Part shown: piece after piece, positions 29,597 through 32,000 of the stretch | Numbering within the stretch: position 1 is the stretch's first letter | Layout: every line of letters starts with the position of its first letter | Assembly (NCBI RefSeq): GCF_000829235.1 | Contig: NZ_AP012549.1 | Location: 1 to 32,000, forward strand | Source of the DNA: a cyanobacterium endosymbiont of Epithemia turgida isolate EtSB Lake Yunoko | GTDB lineage: Bacteria > Cyanobacteriota > Cyanobacteriia > Cyanobacteriales > Microcystaceae | DNA: 32,000 nt | Direction of reading: 5' to 3' | The notes under the pieces: generated by a model | Seen by the model: only the letters and a program-made list of their open reading frames with translations | What the model was told of the DNA's origin: nothing | The model's database searches: none | Made by a program: the position numbers and the translations under genes

Positions 29597-32000
29597 ATGA
29601 CGATTACTGAAATACTTGATAAACTCCGTAAATTAACGCAGATTAATATCCAATCTTCTTGGCTTAGTATTTCTGAGCAAATCTCTTTTGATTCTATCGA
29701 TATAGATATTTGGAAACCTGTTATTCTGAATCAGAAAGGTTACATTGTTTGTCCAGCAGGAAAACAGGTTAAATGGTTAGCTCAAAAGCTTATAATTCCT
29801 CAAGAAATTAGGGGGTATCCTCTGTCAGGATTAACCGTCAAATTAGCTTTAACTTGGTGGGCAGAAAAAGCAGAAATTTTTATTGACAAAAAATTAGTAC
29901 AAGAGGGAGACTTATTTGATTCTTCAGCTAGGATTTTAGTAAGTAAATCTGCTAAACCAAGAGAGGAATTTTTGATTTTATTACGTTTAGTTAGTCCTAG
30001 TCATGATATTGGTGGGCTAATGAGTTCTCAACTCATTTATGAAACAGATATAGGTTTAATAGACCCTGGTTTTGTTGCTGATGAGCTAACTATATTATAC
30101 AATTATTTGTCTGCTTTTGAACCTCAAAATATAAATTTATTTCAAAAAATAATTAATCGAATAAACTGGAATATTGTCGAGAACAAAAAAAAATTTAATT
30201 GCCATTTATTGGAATTACGTAAAAGTCTTAAACCTTTGGCTAAAAATATTAAAAACTACTCTTTATATTTATTAGGACATGCTCATTTAGATATGGCTTG
30301 GTTATGGCTAGTTGATGAAACTTGGGATGTAGGAGAGAGGACATTTGATTCTGTCATAAACCTACAGAAAGAGTTTCCAGAGCTTATTTTTGGTCATACA
30401 ACTCCTGTTCTTTATGAATGGATAGAAAAACATCGCCCTCAGCTTTTTAAAGAAATTATAAAAGCATATAAACAAGGAAAATGGGAAATATTAGGAGGAA
30501 TGTGGGTTGAACCAGAAGTAAATTTAGCATCTGGAGAATCAATGGTTAGACAACTGTTGTATGGACAACGTTTTTTTAAAGAAAAATTTGGAAAAATAAC
30601 CCAGATTGCTTGGCTTCCTGATAGTTTTGGTTTTACTTGGCAATTGCCACAGATTTTCCACCAGAGTGGAATTAAATATTTTGTAACTGGAAAACTTCAC
30701 TGGAATACTAATGTAAAATTCCCTTATGGGTTTTTTTATTGGAAATCTCCCGATGGAACTCAATTATTAACTCTTATTTCTCCTCCAAACGTCGCTGGAG
30801 TTATGAACACTAATCCTCTGAGAATGACTAATTATTCTATTTCATGGAAGCAACAAACAGGCTTGCAAGATGCTTTGTGGTTGCCTGGAGTGGGAGATCA
30901 TGGAGGAGGTCCAACTCGTGATATGTTAACTGTTCAAAATCGTTGGAGACAGTCTCCTTTTTTTCCTGAAATTAATTTTACTAAAGCTATTGATTATTTA
31001 GATAAATTGAGAGAAATTTCTGATTATATTCCGGTTTGGGATGATGAACTTTATCTAGATTTACATCGGGGTTGCTATACAACTCATGCTGATCAAAAAT
31101 TTTATAATCGTCGCTGTGAAGATTTGCTATATCAAGCTGAATTATGGTTTTCTATCGCAACAATTATTCAAAAAATAAATGTTAATGTTGATAGCAAAAT
31201 ATTGTTAGAAAAAGCCTGGAAAAAAGTTTTATTCAATCAGTTTCATGATATTTTACCGGGAACTTCTATTCCTGAAGTTTTTAATCAAGCTAATAAAGAT
31301 TGGCAGAAAGCTTTAAAAATTAGTAAATCTTTATTAAACGATTCTTTCCAAACGATTATTTCTCAAATTTCCTTGCCAAAATCACCTAAAACTAAGGCTA
31401 TTCCTTTGATAATTTTTAATTCTCTAAATTGGCAAAGATCAGAAGTTATCGAATTTTCAGCAACAGAAAATAACTGTAAAATTTACGATTCAGAAGGAAA
31501 TCAATTAACCTCTCAACTATCAACCGATAATAAACTTTTATTCTTCGCAGAAAATATTCCATCAATTGGATACCGCATTTTCTGGTTATGTCCTACCGAC
31601 AAAACTTCAGAAAACACTGATATAGTCAATAATAATGATTGTAGTCTTGAGAATCAATACTTAAAAGTTACTATTAATTCTGAAACAGGAAATATAAACA
31701 GTATTTTTGATAAAGTCGCTAAAAAAGAAATTGTTAGGGGAGAATGTAATCAATTGCAAGGATTTCAAGATCAAGGACAATATTGGGATGCTTGGAATAT
31801 TGATCCCAATTATAATGATTATCCCTTGCCAGAAACTGAATTAAAGACCATTGAATATTTAGAAATGGGTCCTATACAATGGACAATAAGAGTAATTCGA
31901 CAACTAGGAAACTCAGAATTTTGTCAAGATTATAGTTTACGAATTAACTCAAAAGTTATTATAATTAAAACAAAAGTTGACTGGCAAGAAACTCATGTAT
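29597..32000 (+). CDS. Glycoside hydrolase family 38 alpha-mannosidase; 3' end runs off the window
   Basis: Open frame from ATG 29597 to the window edge (about 801 codons). It is absent from the ORF track, probably because it has no stop in the window. GH38 motifs: LLGHAHLDMAWLW, GGMWVEPE, AWLPDSFGF, GVGDHGGGPT, DLHRGCYTTHADQK, NQFHDILPGTSI. Confidence 0.92.
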   Translation, partial: MTITEILDKLRKLTQINIQSSWLSISEQISFDSIDIDIWKPVILNQKGYIVCPAGKQVKWLAQKLIIPQEIRGYPLSGLTVKLALTWWAEKAEIFIDKKLVQEGDLFDSSARILVSKSAKPREEFLILLRLVSPSHDIGGLMSSQLIYETDIGLIDPGFVADELTILYNYLSAFEPQNINLFQKIINRINWNIVENKKKFNCHLLELRKSLKPLAKNIKNYSLYLLGHAHLDMAWLWLVDETWDVGERTFDSVINLQKEFPELIFGHTTPVLYEWIEKHRPQLFKEIIKAYKQGKWEILGGMWVEPEVNLASGESMVRQLLYGQRFFKEKFGKITQIAWLPDSFGFTWQLPQIFHQSGIKYFVTGKLHWNTNVKFPYGFFYWKSPDGTQLLTLISPPNVAGVMNTNPLRMTNYSISWKQQTGLQDALWLPGVGDHGGGPTRDMLTVQNRWRQSPFFPEINFTKAIDYLDKLREISDYIPVWDDELYLDLHRGCYTTHADQKFYNRRCEDLLYQAELWFSIATIIQKINVNVDSKILLEKAWKKVLFNQFHDILPGTSIPEVFNQANKDWQKALKISKSLLNDSFQTIISQISLPKSPKTKAIPLIIFNSLNWQRSEVIEFSATENNCKIYDSEGNQLTSQLSTDNKLLFFAENIPSIGYRIFWLCPTDKTSENTDIVNNNDCSLENQYLKVTINSETGNINSIFDKVAKKEIVRGECNQLQGFQDQGQYWDAWNIDPNYNDYPLPETELKTIEYLEMGPIQWTIRVIRQLGNSEFCQDYSLRINSKVIIIKTKVDWQETHV

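Overview
This is an AT-rich cyanobacterial chromosome segment in mid-stage genome erosion. Only about half of the 32 kb is intact coding sequence.

Twelve ORFs look functional:
- YaaW-like protein
- O-antigen-ligase-family membrane protein
- aconitase B
- LptD/OstA-like outer-membrane protein
- group-2-type sigma factor
- YlmH-like S4 protein
- an aroC / nucleotidyltransferase / GHMP-kinase operon
- ferredoxin-sulfite reductase
- glyoxalase II
- a 3'-truncated GH38 alpha-mannosidase

Between them lie multi-kb, very AT-rich gene graveyards. By hand translation I could recognise five dead genes in them:
- light-dependent protochlorophyllide reductase (por)
- the PSII subunit psbI
- a pentein/amidinotransferase-family enzyme
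- an IS982-family transposase
- a beta-lactamase-family serine hydrolase

Dead por and psbI next to intact housekeeping genes suggest a cyanobacterium that has abandoned photosynthesis. From memory this resembles the Crocosphaera/Rippkaea-clade spheroid-body endosymbionts of rhopalodiacean diatoms, but I cannot verify that here.

The deserts also hold several unrelated, very long perfect hairpin palindromes (16-30 bp stems) and small tandem duplications. I found no rRNA, tRNA, CRISPR array or recognisable defence or novel multi-gene system. The interest here is the decay landscape itself, plus a possible N-terminal lesion in lptD.
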